Position numbers and translations under genes: made by a program. Below the pieces are notes generated by a model that was not told the origin of the DNA, did not search any database, and worked only from the letters and a program-made list of their open reading frames with translations. From Chloroflexota bacterium (GTDB lineage Bacteria > Chloroflexota > UBA11872 > VXOZ01): a stretch of DNA of 64,000 nucleotides. Where the stretch lies: positions 2,437,336-2,501,335 of the forward strand of contig OZ242272.1 of NCBI GenBank assembly GCA_965207135.1, read 5' to 3'. Below, in pieces: positions 19,284-30,127 of this stretch (its first letter is position 1; the number at the start of each line of letters is the position of its first letter).

Positions 19284-20327
19284 ATGGCGGACAAGTATCG
19301 CGTTGGCATAATCGGTTGCGGTTGGATGGGAAAGTCGCACGCGCAGGCGTATGCGGAGTTGGATTCCGTTCAGATGGTGGCTGCGTCCGACACCCATCCC
19401 AAAGCCCTGGCGGAATTGCAGAGCGAGCATAGTATTCCCGGCGGCTATGCCGATTATCATGACATGCTGGCCAAAGAAGACCTGGACATCGTCAGCGTCT
19501 GTTCCTGGCCGGGGTTGCATGCGCCTATGACGATTGCCGCCGCGGAAGCGAAGGTGCCCGGCATCATCTGCGAGAAGCCCATGGCGCGCACGCTTGGCGA
19601 AGCCGATGCCATGATTGCGGCTGCCGAGCAGCACGGCTCCAAGCTCGTGATCGGACATCAAGGCCGCTTTCGCAAGCAGACGAACGCGATACGAGACTTG
19701 ATATCCGATGGCGCTATCGGACGCGTGGAGATGCTCTACATCCAGCAAAGCGGAGGACTGACGAATAGCTCCATCCACAACGTGGACTACGCGCGCTACA
19801 TACTCGGCGATCCAAAAGTGGCGTGGGTGATGGGGTCGGTGGAACGCCGCACCGACCGCTACGAGCGCGCTCAGCGCATTGAGGACCGCGCCCAAGCCTT
19901 GATCGGCTTTGCCGGCGGCGCGCGCGGGATCTTGGAATCGGACATCGGCGACGACCGGCGCGTGCAGCCCTGCATCGTCTATGGGTCTCACGGCAGCATC
20001 TTCCCGGGGAGCGGCGGAATTCGACTGTTGACTTCCGCCGGCAGCAAGGAGATTTCGTTCAACGAGCCCAATGCCCAAACACTCCAAGCGCAAGAAATGA
20101 TCGATTGGCTGCAGGGACGGCGTGAACATCGCGGCCACGCCCAGAACGGCCGCCAGGCGTTGGAAGTGTTGCTGGCGATATCGGCTTCAACGTATACCCG
20201 TGGCATCGTCAATTTCCCCTTGGAAATTTCCGATTATCCCTTGGAGCTTGCCGTCGAAGAAGGTGTGCTGCCGGTTGAGCAGCCGGGCGCGTACGATATC
20301 CGCGGATATCTGGTGCGGAAAGACTGA
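19284..20327 (+). CDS. Gfo/Idh/MocA family oxidoreductase
   Basis: It begins MADKYRVGIIGCGWMGKSHAQAY... and has the ICEKP motif. An AGGAGAAG RBS precedes it. Confidence 0.8.
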   Translation: MADKYRVGIIGCGWMGKSHAQAYAELDSVQMVAASDTHPKALAELQSEHSIPGGYADYHDMLAKEDLDIVSVCSWPGLHAPMTIAAAEAKVPGIICEKPMARTLGEADAMIAAAEQHGSKLVIGHQGRFRKQTNAIRDLISDGAIGRVEMLYIQQSGGLTNSSIHNVDYARYILGDPKVAWVMGSVERRTDRYERAQRIEDRAQALIGFAGGARGILESDIGDDRRVQPCIVYGSHGSIFPGSGGIRLLTSAGSKEISFNEPNAQTLQAQEMIDWLQGRREHRGHAQNGRQALEVLLAISASTYTRGIVNFPLEISDYPLELAVEEGVLPVEQPGAYDIRGYLVRKD

Positions 20328-20542
20328 GCGGAGTACACTGGGATAGAGCCGTACACACATTGAATGGCTCTCCCACTAATTGCGGTCCATAGCCGCACGA
20401 GAATTGCATGCCGATATACGGGTAGCGCAGATTTGTAACCTGCGGCTCTTCGCAGCACCCTAATGAGAAGCATGAGATCACGAATCCAGACACACTTGCC
20501 CGGTCATTCATAGCACTGGGCGCAAGACAAGGAGCGAATGAC

Positions 20543-21589
20543 ATGGCGGTACAGAGCGCGCAAATCTTGTCGCAGGACGAATTGGCAGCGAAACTGGCAG
20601 AGCAGCCCCGCGTCGAACTGGGCACGTTTCCCACGCCTTTGGATGCCTGTCCTCGCCTCTCCGAGGCCGTAGGCGGGCCGCCGCTCTACATCAAGCGCGA
20701 CGACCTCACCGGACTTGCGCTCGGCGGCAACAAGACCCGCAACTTGGAATTCCAAATAGGTTCGGCTATTGCGCAGGGCTGCGACAGCGTCGTCGCCGGC
20801 GCGGACGCCCAGTCAAACCAGTGCCGGCAGGCCTCAGCGGCCTGCGCCAAAGTTGGCCTCGATTGTTTCCTCGTACTTTCCGGCGGCCTGCATACGGAGC
20901 TCCAGGGCAACCTTCTCCTCGACCACATCTTTGGGGCAGACGTCACTGTGTTGGAAGACGCGACCATCGACAACCTGCAGGAGCGGATCGATCCCATCGA
21001 GGCGGAGTTGCGCGCGCAGGGACGCAAGCCCTACCGCATCACCAGCATGTATCCCGAACCGGCGTTGCGGGCCATGTGCGGCTACTTAAGCTGTGCGCTC
21101 GAGCTTTCCACGCAACTATCGTCGCTGCCGCAACCGCCGAGCACCATCTTCATCACCTCCGGCTCTGGCACGACCCACGCGGGCTTTGCCGCCGGCATCA
21201 AAGTCTTGGGATTGCCCATCAAGGTGGTTGGCATCTCAATCAAGGAACCCGCGGACGAGCAGCGCGAAAACGTGGCGGCGCGGTCGCAACGGCTCGCGGA
21301 ACAGCTTGACATTCCCTGCGGCCTCTCTGAGGATGAGGTCTACGTGTCCGGCGACTACATCGGTGAGAAATACGGCTTGACGACTCCAGAAGGATTGGAA
21401 GCCATTCGGCTCACGGCGCAGCATGAAGGCATCCTGCTCGATCCGGTCTACACCGGCAAGACGATGGCCGGCATCATCGCCATGGCGCGCGCCGGCGAAC
21501 TGCCTGAGGAGCAGCCGGTGATCATGGTCCACACCGGCGGTATTCCGGCAATCTTCGCCTACCATGAAGAGATCATGTCAGCGCTTTAG
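20543..21589 (+). CDS. PLP-dependent D-cysteine desulfhydrase / ACC-deaminase family enzyme
   Basis: It has YIKRDDLTGLALGGNKTRNLEF, the family's lysine-containing PLP motif. An AAGGAG RBS precedes it. Confidence 0.75.
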   Translation: MAVQSAQILSQDELAAKLAEQPRVELGTFPTPLDACPRLSEAVGGPPLYIKRDDLTGLALGGNKTRNLEFQIGSAIAQGCDSVVAGADAQSNQCRQASAACAKVGLDCFLVLSGGLHTELQGNLLLDHIFGADVTVLEDATIDNLQERIDPIEAELRAQGRKPYRITSMYPEPALRAMCGYLSCALELSTQLSSLPQPPSTIFITSGSGTTHAGFAAGIKVLGLPIKVVGISIKEPADEQRENVAARSQRLAEQLDIPCGLSEDEVYVSGDYIGEKYGLTTPEGLEAIRLTAQHEGILLDPVYTGKTMAGIIAMARAGELPEEQPVIMVHTGGIPAIFAYHEEIMSAL

Positions 21590-21680
21590 GGGTCGCAGCG
21601 CACTGGCCGGCCGCATGCGGCAGTATTCGATTCTCGCGAGCTGTCGCGAGTGAATGGCCCGGTAGCCTACCGGCGCCATC

Positions 21681-22073
21681 CTAGCCCGCCGTCCCATCCT
21701 TGCGGCTGTGGAGAAGAATCAGGTTGCCGTCCGGGTCAGCTATTCCAGCCGCGTAACAGGTGGCCTGTTCGCCGGGCTCAAGGATCACGCTTACTCCCCG
21801 CGCTCGCAGTTCGTCAGTGGCCTGCTGCACGTCGTCGACCGCGATAGCAATGGCGCCGCCGCAGTCCGCTCCCTTCGCCGAATAGTCTCCGCGAGTGGCT
21901 CGCAACGCGAGCACGGTTGGAGTGTCACCAACCACAAACTCCACCCACCCCGGATCGATCCACGCGTAGAGCGTGAGGCCCAACGTGTTCTCGTAAAATT
22001 CCGCGCTCTTGCCGATGTCACTGACGGTGTAGCAGAAAAAGTCGACGCCTCTCGGTTTCATTAGGCTCTCCAC
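21681..22073 (-). CDS. VOC (glyoxalase/bleomycin-resistance) family protein
   Basis: At 130 aa it shows the typical VOC-fold length and pattern. Confidence 0.6.
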   Translation of the reverse strand: MESLMKPRGVDFFCYTVSDIGKSAEFYENTLGLTLYAWIDPGWVEFVVGDTPTVLALRATRGDYSAKGADCGGAIAIAVDDVQQATDELRARGVSVILEPGEQATCYAAGIADPDGNLILLHSRKDGTAG

Positions 22074-22425
22074 AATTGAACAACATCAATTTGGGTACGC
22101 TCAGACGCACGCTGCATTTTGCTTGAATTAAGCCGGCACAAGATAGTTTGCCCAGATCTTTGCAGAAGAAGGGCGCGAGTCTCGCAGTTTCTATCCATTC
22201 TACAGCAGTCAATGGGACAGCAGAGTGGCTCAGCCTCCACTCTATACGCGTGCATACCCCGCGCTCTGGCGCTCCTTCCAGGCGTTTGCGGGTCAACTGT
22301 CTTGACGAGCAGCTCACACTCATATAGAACTATATTGGTGGTCTAGTCATTGCCACATTGAGGAGTTCGCAGCATTCGCAATCGCTCCTCGGTCGTAGGC
22401 ACAAGACAAGTGGAGGTATTCCGTA

Positions 22426-23838
22426 ATGAGTATTGTGCGTTCTATGAAAGTCACCCGTCGCACCGCGCTCGCAGGCGCGGGGGCCGGCGCGCTGAGCGCG
22501 CTAGTTGCCGCTGCGTGCGGACAGGCGGCCGTGGCCACGCCGGAGGAAGCGCCGAAGGCTGAGATGAAGGAGGAGGCGCCCAAGGCTGAGCCTACGGCAA
22601 TGCCCGAGGCCGAAACGGTAACCATCTCTATGATTTCAGCAGAAAAGCCAACCACGCGACCGGTGCTGGAGCCAATCCTCGCTGATTTCGCCGAGGAAAT
22701 GCCGAACATCGCGGTTGATTTGGTGCCCTCCGGCGGCTGGGGGGAGGTGCGAACGAAGTTCTATGCGGCGCAAGCGGCCGGCGATCCCATCAACATTATG
22801 GAAAACGGCTGGAGCGCGGTTCTCACCACGTATGAGACGGGCGTGACTATCGACCTGGCGCCCCTCTTTGCCCGCGACAAGATCGATACCGCTGCCACTT
22901 TCGCTGCCCCGGCTATCAACATGTGGACAGTGGAAGGCCGAATTCTGGGCATGCCCATCACCATGTCGGTGGATTCGATGGCCTACAACGTGGAGATCTT
23001 TGAGGCGGCCGGCATCAACCCGCTACCCGTAGACCTCAACGACACTGACTGGAATATGGAAGCCCTCTTGGACTTGTCGACGCAGCTCACCAATGAAGAT
23101 CGCACGCAGTTCGGCCATGGCGGCGGCATCACGTGCTCCAATGGCGGCGGCATCGGCACCGGCACCTTCTGGGGCGTGGGACCGTGGGACTCGGAGGCCA
23201 AGCGCGCAACCATAGATACGCCTGAGTTCATTAATGCACTTGAATGGTGGCGCGATTTTGGCGACAAGCACCGCGTAACACCCAACGCTGAGGAACGCGA
23301 GGCTGCTATGGGCGGCCAATCGGGCAATGTTTTCATGTCCGGTAAGGTGGCCATGCAGCTCACGTGCACGTCTTTCCGTGACGCGCCGTTCACATGGGCG
23401 CTGGCAACTATGCCCTACTCGGGTGAGGGCCCGAGCCAGTCAGGCCGCACCTGGACGCACCCGTTGCAAATGGCGGATGACGGCGCCGACACCAACGATC
23501 TGGCATGGGAGCTCTTCAAGTGGCTCCTCAAACCAGAAAACGGCGGACGCTACCCGCCTTCGGCCGGCCACGTCGTGTCGCCGCTCCTGGATGACAACGC
23601 GTCCACACTGGCGCAGGAGGGCTACAAGAACAGCCTGGGCGTTGACCCCAGATCATTCCTCCTCCACTCGCGTACCACGAAACCGGCAGGCTGGGGTCTC
23701 TGGACGTTTACGGAGTTTGGAGACATCTCCGGCGACATGAATGGTCAATACCGCGAATTTCTCGCCGGCAATCTCACCGGTGCGGAATATGCTCGCTGGG
23801 CGGCCGACCTCATCAACGCCACGCTCGGCGGCAAGTAA
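22426..23838 (+). CDS. ABC transporter substrate-binding lipoprotein (sugar-type family 1 solute-binding protein)
   Basis: It has a Tat-like signal MKVTRRTALAGAGAGALSALVAAAC and a GGAGGT RBS. No adjacent permease genes are present. Confidence 0.7.
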   Translation: MSIVRSMKVTRRTALAGAGAGALSALVAAACGQAAVATPEEAPKAEMKEEAPKAEPTAMPEAETVTISMISAEKPTTRPVLEPILADFAEEMPNIAVDLVPSGGWGEVRTKFYAAQAAGDPINIMENGWSAVLTTYETGVTIDLAPLFARDKIDTAATFAAPAINMWTVEGRILGMPITMSVDSMAYNVEIFEAAGINPLPVDLNDTDWNMEALLDLSTQLTNEDRTQFGHGGGITCSNGGGIGTGTFWGVGPWDSEAKRATIDTPEFINALEWWRDFGDKHRVTPNAEEREAAMGGQSGNVFMSGKVAMQLTCTSFRDAPFTWALATMPYSGEGPSQSGRTWTHPLQMADDGADTNDLAWELFKWLLKPENGGRYPPSAGHVVSPLLDDNASTLAQEGYKNSLGVDPRSFLLHSRTTKPAGWGLWTFTEFGDISGDMNGQYREFLAGNLTGAEYARWAADLINATLGGK

Positions 23839-24234
23839 ACAGTTGCCTGGGCAGCGAGGGCGGTGAGATGCCCTTGGACTCAGTTCGCTTGCGGGTCAAT
23901 GGCCGGCGAACTACTGCCAACCGCGGTTAGACAGATGCGTAGGGGCACGATATATCGTGCCCCTACCTGCGCAGTGCCCCACCGGGCTGCCGACGGGATT
24001 CGCTCTATCGTCATTCCCACTTTCGCGGAATTCTGCTCTTGCGGAATTTCTCTGCATTGCTGAGCGAAGTGGCAAGAAAACCACATGCGCATGCGCTATC
24101 TCCTTTACATACTTCTCCCATTCAATTGAAGAGCCAGGAAGCAGTTGAAGTGCAGGGCCTCAGCGAGACAGTTTCCAACGCTTGAGTTTCATCGCTCCCG
24201 CACGGAGTGACGGCTACGCGGAAAGAGAGCTATT

Positions 24235-25686
24235 GTGGCAGATCTCCAGCATGGTCAGTTACGGCTTGGTGTTGGCGCCGAGCGCATCAACCCGCCGCTG
24301 GGCGTGCCGCTGCCGTTGGCCTACAGCGGCGGTGGAGCACCAGTGGCAGTAGAGGGGCGGCACGATGACTGCTGGGCCCGGGCATTGGTGATGGAGCAGG
24401 GCGAAACCCGCCTCGCGATTGTCTCGGTCGACCTGTGCACCATGCGGGACGACCAATACGGGGAAATCGTTGCCCGTATCAGCGCGCGCTGCCGCATTCC
24501 CGCCGACCACATCATGATCGCGTGCACCCACAATCACTCCAACGCGCCGCTGCTGGAACCGTTCGATGCGCCGCCCTCTCCTTGGCAGGAAACACTCAAT
24601 GACCTGATCGTCTCCGCCGTCTATCAAGCGGGCCAATGTTTGAGGCCGGTAGCGCGCATTCGCTACGCCACGGCAAGGTACGGCAATGTTGCGTACAACC
24701 GTCGGGTCGTGCTGCCCGATGTCGTGTGCATGCTCATTGGCGCGGAACCGAACTGGGAGGCAATTGTCGAGCGCTTGTCCGGCACGTTGGGAGCGACGCG
24801 GCAGCAACTGGGTCTGGCGCGAGATTCCGTTGCGCCCCATGGAGTTGTGGACGACCGGCTGCGCCTGCTGGTCTTTGAGGGCGCCGAGAACTCTACCCTG
24901 GCGAGTATTGTCAGCGCCGCATGTCACCCGGTCACCCATAGCTTTTCCGATCGCCACACGTGCGCGGACTATCCTGGTTTGCTTGTCAGGCAAGCAGAGG
25001 AAGAATTGGGTGGGATGGGATTGTTCCTCCAGGGCTGTAGCGGCGACGTGCGTACCCGCTACCGTGAACCCACGTTCGAGGAAGTAAGACGGGTGGGCGA
25101 GCAGTTTGGCAGCGCCGTGCTGGAGGCGGCGGGCAAGTTGGCGGCAACTGGCGGCCCGAATTGCATTGGCGTTGCCAAGCAAGAGGTCGCGCTGCCACTA
25201 AAACCCTATGCATCGCGCGCGCAACAGCGAACAAGACTTGCTGAACTCGAACAGACTCTGAGCGAGCTTGCGCAGACTCCTGCCCAAGCTTCCAAGGACA
25301 TTCAGGTGCGCTGGGCAATATACCAGGAATGTGCGTTCCTCCGCTACCAACTGAAGTGGGGCGATCTGGAAACGCGCCAAGCCGATTTAGCCCAAGAACG
25401 CGTACCGGTTGTTTTGCAGGCAATTCAACTTGGCGGAGTCCTGCTGTTGACTTCGCCCGCTGAAGTCTTCGCCGAAACGGGCATTCAGCTTTCCACCTGG
25501 GCGCGGGAGCAGGGCTGGCAAGACAGCATTGTCTCCTCCTGCACGAATGGGTACATCAATTACATCCCGCCCCGTGCCGAGGCGGAGCGCGGCGGCTTTG
25601 AGCCAAGCTGCACCATGCTCGCTCCGGGGGCATGCGAACGAATGGTGGCGTCGCTAAAGGACTTGTCAAGACCGGCACCGGCCTAA
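24235..25686 (+). CDS. Neutral/alkaline ceramidase-like hydrolase (N-terminal ceramidase domain family)
   Basis: It has a GTG start. The pattern GRHDDCWARALV...LAIVSVDL...IACTHNHSNAP parallels the ceramidase N-domain (H..L.ARAFV...V..DL...AATHTHSGP). Confidence 0.5.
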   Translation: MADLQHGQLRLGVGAERINPPLGVPLPLAYSGGGAPVAVEGRHDDCWARALVMEQGETRLAIVSVDLCTMRDDQYGEIVARISARCRIPADHIMIACTHNHSNAPLLEPFDAPPSPWQETLNDLIVSAVYQAGQCLRPVARIRYATARYGNVAYNRRVVLPDVVCMLIGAEPNWEAIVERLSGTLGATRQQLGLARDSVAPHGVVDDRLRLLVFEGAENSTLASIVSAACHPVTHSFSDRHTCADYPGLLVRQAEEELGGMGLFLQGCSGDVRTRYREPTFEEVRRVGEQFGSAVLEAAGKLAATGGPNCIGVAKQEVALPLKPYASRAQQRTRLAELEQTLSELAQTPAQASKDIQVRWAIYQECAFLRYQLKWGDLETRQADLAQERVPVVLQAIQLGGVLLLTSPAEVFAETGIQLSTWAREQGWQDSIVSSCTNGYINYIPPRAEAERGGFEPSCTMLAPGACERMVASLKDLSRPAPA

Positions 25687-25784
25687 GCCAAGCCAGGAGG
25701 GTGTTGTCTGGCGCTGACAAGTGGGAAGTGAGACCGCATTCGCCAGGGCGACAGCGCAACGGGTTGCGGCGTGCGCCATGCAGT

Positions 25785-25818
25785 CCCAAAACAAAAGAGC
25801 GCCCATTTGCGGCGCTCT
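25785..25818 (-). terminator. Intrinsic terminator downstream of ftsH. The 8-bp GC-rich stem (AGAGCGCC / GGCGCTCT) has a 7-nt loop and is followed by UUUGUUUUGGG on the minus strand.
   Basis: Read directly from the sequence, about 54 nt after the ftsH stop. Confidence 0.5.
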
Positions 25819-25871
25819 CTGCTTCGAAACGCTGTCCAGGACTAGCTATAGACGCAGTCCGCATTGCCGCG

Positions 25872-27830
25872 CTAGGTCGCCATGCCCGGATACGGGCGGG
25901 TGCGTGGTTTCTGAGTGCCATCATCGCTATCTTGCGGGGGTGAGGATGGCTGTTGGTCTTCGTTGTCTACGAGTGTGCTCGCCGCCTGGGTATCCACATC
26001 GTCGGCGGGTTCGGGCTCCTCGAAAAACGAGCTAAAGGCTTTGCCGTCGAAGGTCTCCACTTCCATCAACGTGTCGGCTATCTCCACGAGCTTTTCTTTG
26101 TTCGCGGTGAGCAGGCTCGAAGCCTTATCGTGGGCCTTCTGGATTAGCTCTTCGACCTCGCCGTCGATATCCTGTGCTACGGCTTCACTGTAATTGCGCT
26201 GCTCTTGGATGTCGCGGCCCAGGAAGATCAACTCTTCCTTGCGCCCAAACGCCCGCGGCCCGAGCTTCTCGCTCATGCCGTATTCCATGACCATGCGCCG
26301 CGCCAGGCTAGTGGCCATCTCGATATCATTCGAAGCGCCGGTAGTCATCTCGCCAAAGACCAAGACTTCCGCCGCGTAGCCGCCGAGGGCAAAGGCCATC
26401 TGCTGCCTAAACTGTGAGCGCGTCCAGAGGTGGCGGTCTTCCGGTGGGAGCACCCGTGTATAGCCGCCGGCGCGGCCTCGCGCCACGATGGAAATCTTAT
26501 GGACCGGGTCAACGTCCGGCAAGAGCTGCGCCACCAGGGCGTGGCCCACCTCGTGGTATGCCGTCACCTTCTTTTCACGCTCACTGATGATGCGGCTGCG
26601 CCGTTCCGGACCGGCGAGAACGCGTTCAACCGCTTCCTCGACCTCGTCCTGGCTGATAGCCTTCTTATTACGTCGCGCGGCCAGCAACGCCGCTTCATTG
26701 AGCAAGTTCTTCAAGTCGGCGCCGGAAAAGCCCGGTGTCTGTCGAGCAATAGTTTCCAAGTCCAGGTCTTCCGCCAGGGGTTTATCTTTGCCGTAGAGGT
26801 TGAGAATATGCTCGCGGCCCTTGACGTCGGGGCGGTCGAGGACAACCTGCCGGTCAAAACGACCCGGGCGCAGGAGGGCGGGATCGAGCACGTCAGGACG
26901 GTTGGTGGCCGCCAACACAATCACACTCGTATTGCTCTCAAAGCCGTCCATTTCAACCAAGATCTGGTTGAGCGTCTGTTCGCGTTCATCGTGGCTGCCG
27001 CCCAGACCGGCGCCGCGCTGCCGCCCCACGGCGTCGATCTCGTCTATGAAGACGATGCACGGGGCATTGCGCTTCGCTTGATCGAAGAGGTCGCGCACAC
27101 GTGAGGCGCCGACACCGACGAACATCTCTACAAACTCGGAACCGCTGATGCTGAAGAAAGGCACACCCGCCTCTCCGGCGACGGCGCGGGAGATATGAGT
27201 CTTGCCGGTACCCGGTGGGCCGACCAAGAGGACGCCCTTAGGAATCTGCGCGCCCAAGGCTTGGAAGCGCTCAGGGTACTTGAGGAACGCCACGACTTCC
27301 TGCAATTCCTCTTTGGCTTCCTCCACACCGGCCACTTCGGCAAACGTGATGGTCGGATTATTGCTCTTGAAGACCCTGGCTTTGCTCTTGCCAAATGACA
27401 GGGCTTGGTTGTTCGTGCCCTGAGCTTGCCGCATCATGAGCAGCAAGATACCGCCAAAGATGAGAATTGGGAGGAAGGTGCCCAGAATTGGGAGCAGATT
27501 GCTGAACTGGCTGGGCTCCTGGACGGACACATCAACTTGATCGTCGCCAACGCCGCGGCTGTGCAGCGCTTCAAGTATGTCAAAGCGTTCCGTCTGGAGA
27601 GTAGTTATGCGCCTATCGTCGATCTCTGCGATAAGACGATTGTCTGAAATGATGACGCGCGGGCGCTCGCTACTCGTCCACGCTGCATCCTGCACAATCG
27701 CGATGAATTCGGTTAGGGAAACTTTGGAGTTCTCACGGGCCGGCGGCACAAACAGGGTAAAGATTATGGCCAGAATCGCGACCGTAATGACCAGATAGAC
27801 GAACCCATTCTTCAACCACTTGCTATCCAC
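25872..27830 (-). CDS. ftsH: ATP-dependent zinc metalloprotease FtsH
   Basis: It has an AAA+ Walker A ([19 protein letters not shown]), the HEVGHALVA zinc motif, and an N-terminal TM anchor. Confidence 0.9.
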   Translation of the reverse strand: MDSKWLKNGFVYLVITVAILAIIFTLFVPPARENSKVSLTEFIAIVQDAAWTSSERPRVIISDNRLIAEIDDRRITTLQTERFDILEALHSRGVGDDQVDVSVQEPSQFSNLLPILGTFLPILIFGGILLLMMRQAQGTNNQALSFGKSKARVFKSNNPTITFAEVAGVEEAKEELQEVVAFLKYPERFQALGAQIPKGVLLVGPPGTGKTHISRAVAGEAGVPFFSISGSEFVEMFVGVGASRVRDLFDQAKRNAPCIVFIDEIDAVGRQRGAGLGGSHDEREQTLNQILVEMDGFESNTSVIVLAATNRPDVLDPALLRPGRFDRQVVLDRPDVKGREHILNLYGKDKPLAEDLDLETIARQTPGFSGADLKNLLNEAALLAARRNKKAISQDEVEEAVERVLAGPERRSRIISEREKKVTAYHEVGHALVAQLLPDVDPVHKISIVARGRAGGYTRVLPPEDRHLWTRSQFRQQMAFALGGYAAEVLVFGEMTTGASNDIEMATSLARRMVMEYGMSEKLGPRAFGRKEELIFLGRDIQEQRNYSEAVAQDIDGEVEELIQKAHDKASSLLTANKEKLVEIADTLMEVETFDGKAFSSFFEEPEPADDVDTQAASTLVDNEDQQPSSPPQDSDDGTQKPRTRPYPGMAT

Positions 27831-28225
27831 TGTGCTTTTCCTAGTTGAGACGTCCTAGGGGACGACGTACCCACGGTCATTCACATAGATGCTATCGTCA
27901 TTATACCATACGGCTTTATGCGTCACGTCACGTGCGGGTCTCCCCGGCTCTGAGCACACGCTCTTGCGAGCGCGCGTGGATACAGCGCTTCCAAGCCCAG
28001 TGTCCGCGCCTGCTCTCCTGACAGGTCCCGCTCCGGCATGTATCCTCTTGCTCACCGGCATTTCCTCGTTCACCTAAGTCCACCGAGCCTTGGGGCGCCA
28101 CCCTAATCAGGGCGAACCCCTGGCAAAGCAATCCAGGTGCAAGGAGAATTCGAAGCGAGAGCATCACTTTCTGACATCACAACCACAGTGCGTCACCTAA
28201 CCGGCACATCCGGGGCTGCGCGTGG

Positions 28226-30127
28226 CTACGTCGACGGCACCGCAGTTGGCTTTTCGGCTGCTTCCTCGCCATCGATGCCCGCTGTCACGCCGGTGGTGTA
28301 AAGTTCCGCGTAGAACCCTTGCGCCGCCAGCAACGCATCGTGGGCGCCCCGCTCAACGATCTTACCTTCACGCAGTACAAGAATGCAGTCGGCATTCTTG
28401 ATAGTAGAGAGGCGGTGGGCGATGACAAATGCTGTGCGCCCCTGCAACAGGGTAGCGAGGGCACGCTGGATGAGCATTTCTGTGTGCGCATCAACACTGC
28501 TCGTGGCTTCATCGAGAATGAGGATGTGCGGATCGACAAGCAATGCGCGCGCAAAGCAGATCAACTGCCGTTGTCCTACTGAAAGCCTTCCGCCGCGCTC
28601 CATTACAGCGGTTTCGTACCCGTCCGGCAAGCGCTGAATGAAACCGTCGATGCCCACAGCTTGGGCGGCAGCCGCTACCTCCGCCATGCTGGCGTCCGGT
28701 TTGCCGTAGCGAATGTTCTCCAAGATTGTGCCGGAAAACAGAAAACTATCCTGCAGCACCATGCCAACTTGCCGGCGCAATGTGCGGATCTGAACGTCGC
28801 GCAGGTCCTGCCCGTCGATCGTAATGCGCCCTTCCTGCACGTCGTAGAATCGCATCAGCAAATTTACGATAGACGTCTTGCCTGCACCCGTCGGGCCCAC
28901 CAGCGCTATGGTTTCGCCCGGTTTCGCCTCCAAATTTATCCCGGTGAGCACCGGTTGCTCGGGATCGTAGCCAAACGTCACATCCACGAAACGCACATGA
29001 CCGTCCACTGCCGGCAAGGCGGGCGCGCCCGGCTTGTCAGTGATTTCGGGGTCGGTGTCAAGCAGCGCAAAGATGCGCTCGCCGCCTGCCATTGCTTGCT
29101 GGAGGTTGGTGTACCAGGCCGAAATTTCGCGGATGGGCATGAAGAACTGCTGGACATACGAAAGGAATGCCACCAGCACACCCACGCTCATCTGATCGTT
29201 CAGCACACGGTAGCCGCCGTAGACGATTACGAGTCCGATGGCCAGCGCCGTGACCAGCTCAACCGCCGGCGGAAAGGCGGCCATGACGCGCGCCGCCCGC
29301 ACGGACGCATCCAGGTTCTCGCGGTTGGTGCCCTGAAACTGGCGGTAATTGAGGTCCTCCCGGGTGAAGGATTGGGCGACGCGCACGCCACTGATGTTTT
29401 CCTGCAGATTTGCATAGACTTTGCCGACGCGAAAACGCACCTCGCGAAACCGCTGCCGCGCCTGTCCGCTGAAAACGCGCGTAATCAGGAACATTATCGG
29501 CAAGACGATGAAGGTTACGAGAGAGAGGGCGGGATCTAAAATCAGCATAACGCCGAGAATCAAGCCAAGGCCAAGCAAGTCGGCGACAAGTGTCATGGTG
29601 CCCTGGGAGAAGGCATTGTTGAGCGCGTTCACGTCGCTCGTGACGCGGGCTATGATTACGCCGATTTCATTGCTGTCGAGGTAACGGAAGGAGAGCTTCT
29701 GCAAGTGGACTACTACTTTTACCCGCAGGGCGTGGAGCATGCGCTGCGAGATTGCCGCAATCATTGCGCCTTGCGTGTAGGATGAAACCCCCATAGTAAT
29801 CAAGCTGAGCAGGAAGAAGATCGCTGCAAACGCCAGTATGCGCGTGTCACCCTTCGCGATGCCGTCATCAATAGCTATCTTGATCAAGAAGGGCCCAGCC
29901 ATGGTAGCGCAAGACGTAACCAATACAAGAAAGGCGGCCACCAAGAGCTGTCCGCGATGGGGAGTCAGGAAGGGCAGCATGCGCCGCACGACATTCTGGT
30001 CGAAACGCTTGGCGTCCGGATCGACTTCAGCAAACTCGTCGCCGCCGCGCCAACTGCTGCCGCCGCGCGACCCCATACTGCCGCCGCGAAAGCCCCCGCC
30101 GCCCATGTCGAACCCGCCGCTTATCAT
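28226..30127 (-). CDS. ABC exporter, fused permease-ATPase (ABCB-type half transporter)
   Basis: It has the LSVGQRQLICFARALLVDPHILILDEATS signature/Walker B and 6 TM helices. The Gly/RGG-rich N-terminus reads MISGGFDMGGGGFRGGSMGSRGGSSWRGG. Confidence 0.85.
   Translation of the reverse strand: MISGGFDMGGGGFRGGSMGSRGGSSWRGGDEFAEVDPDAKRFDQNVVRRMLPFLTPHRGQLLVAAFLVLVTSCATMAGPFLIKIAIDDGIAKGDTRILAFAAIFFLLSLITMGVSSYTQGAMIAAISQRMLHALRVKVVVHLQKLSFRYLDSNEIGVIIARVTSDVNALNNAFSQGTMTLVADLLGLGLILGVMLILDPALSLVTFIVLPIMFLITRVFSGQARQRFREVRFRVGKVYANLQENISGVRVAQSFTREDLNYRQFQGTNRENLDASVRAARVMAAFPPAVELVTALAIGLVIVYGGYRVLNDQMSVGVLVAFLSYVQQFFMPIREISAWYTNLQQAMAGGERIFALLDTDPEITDKPGAPALPAVDGHVRFVDVTFGYDPEQPVLTGINLEAKPGETIALVGPTGAGKTSIVNLLMRFYDVQEGRITIDGQDLRDVQIRTLRRQVGMVLQDSFLFSGTILENIRYGKPDASMAEVAAAAQAVGIDGFIQRLPDGYETAVMERGGRLSVGQRQLICFARALLVDPHILILDEATSSVDAHTEMLIQRALATLLQGRTAFVIAHRLSTIKNADCILVLREGKIVERGAHDALLAAQGFYAELYTTGVTAGIDGEEAAEKPTAVPST

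Noticed and set aside
18102-20138. 678-aa minus-strand ORF that looks like a giant fusion protein
   Set aside because: Only the C-terminal 327 aa (from the ATG at 19082 with a GAGGAG RBS) are Gfo/Idh/MocA-like. The N-terminal half is an antisense shadow of the plus-strand oxidoreductase gene at 19284-20327.
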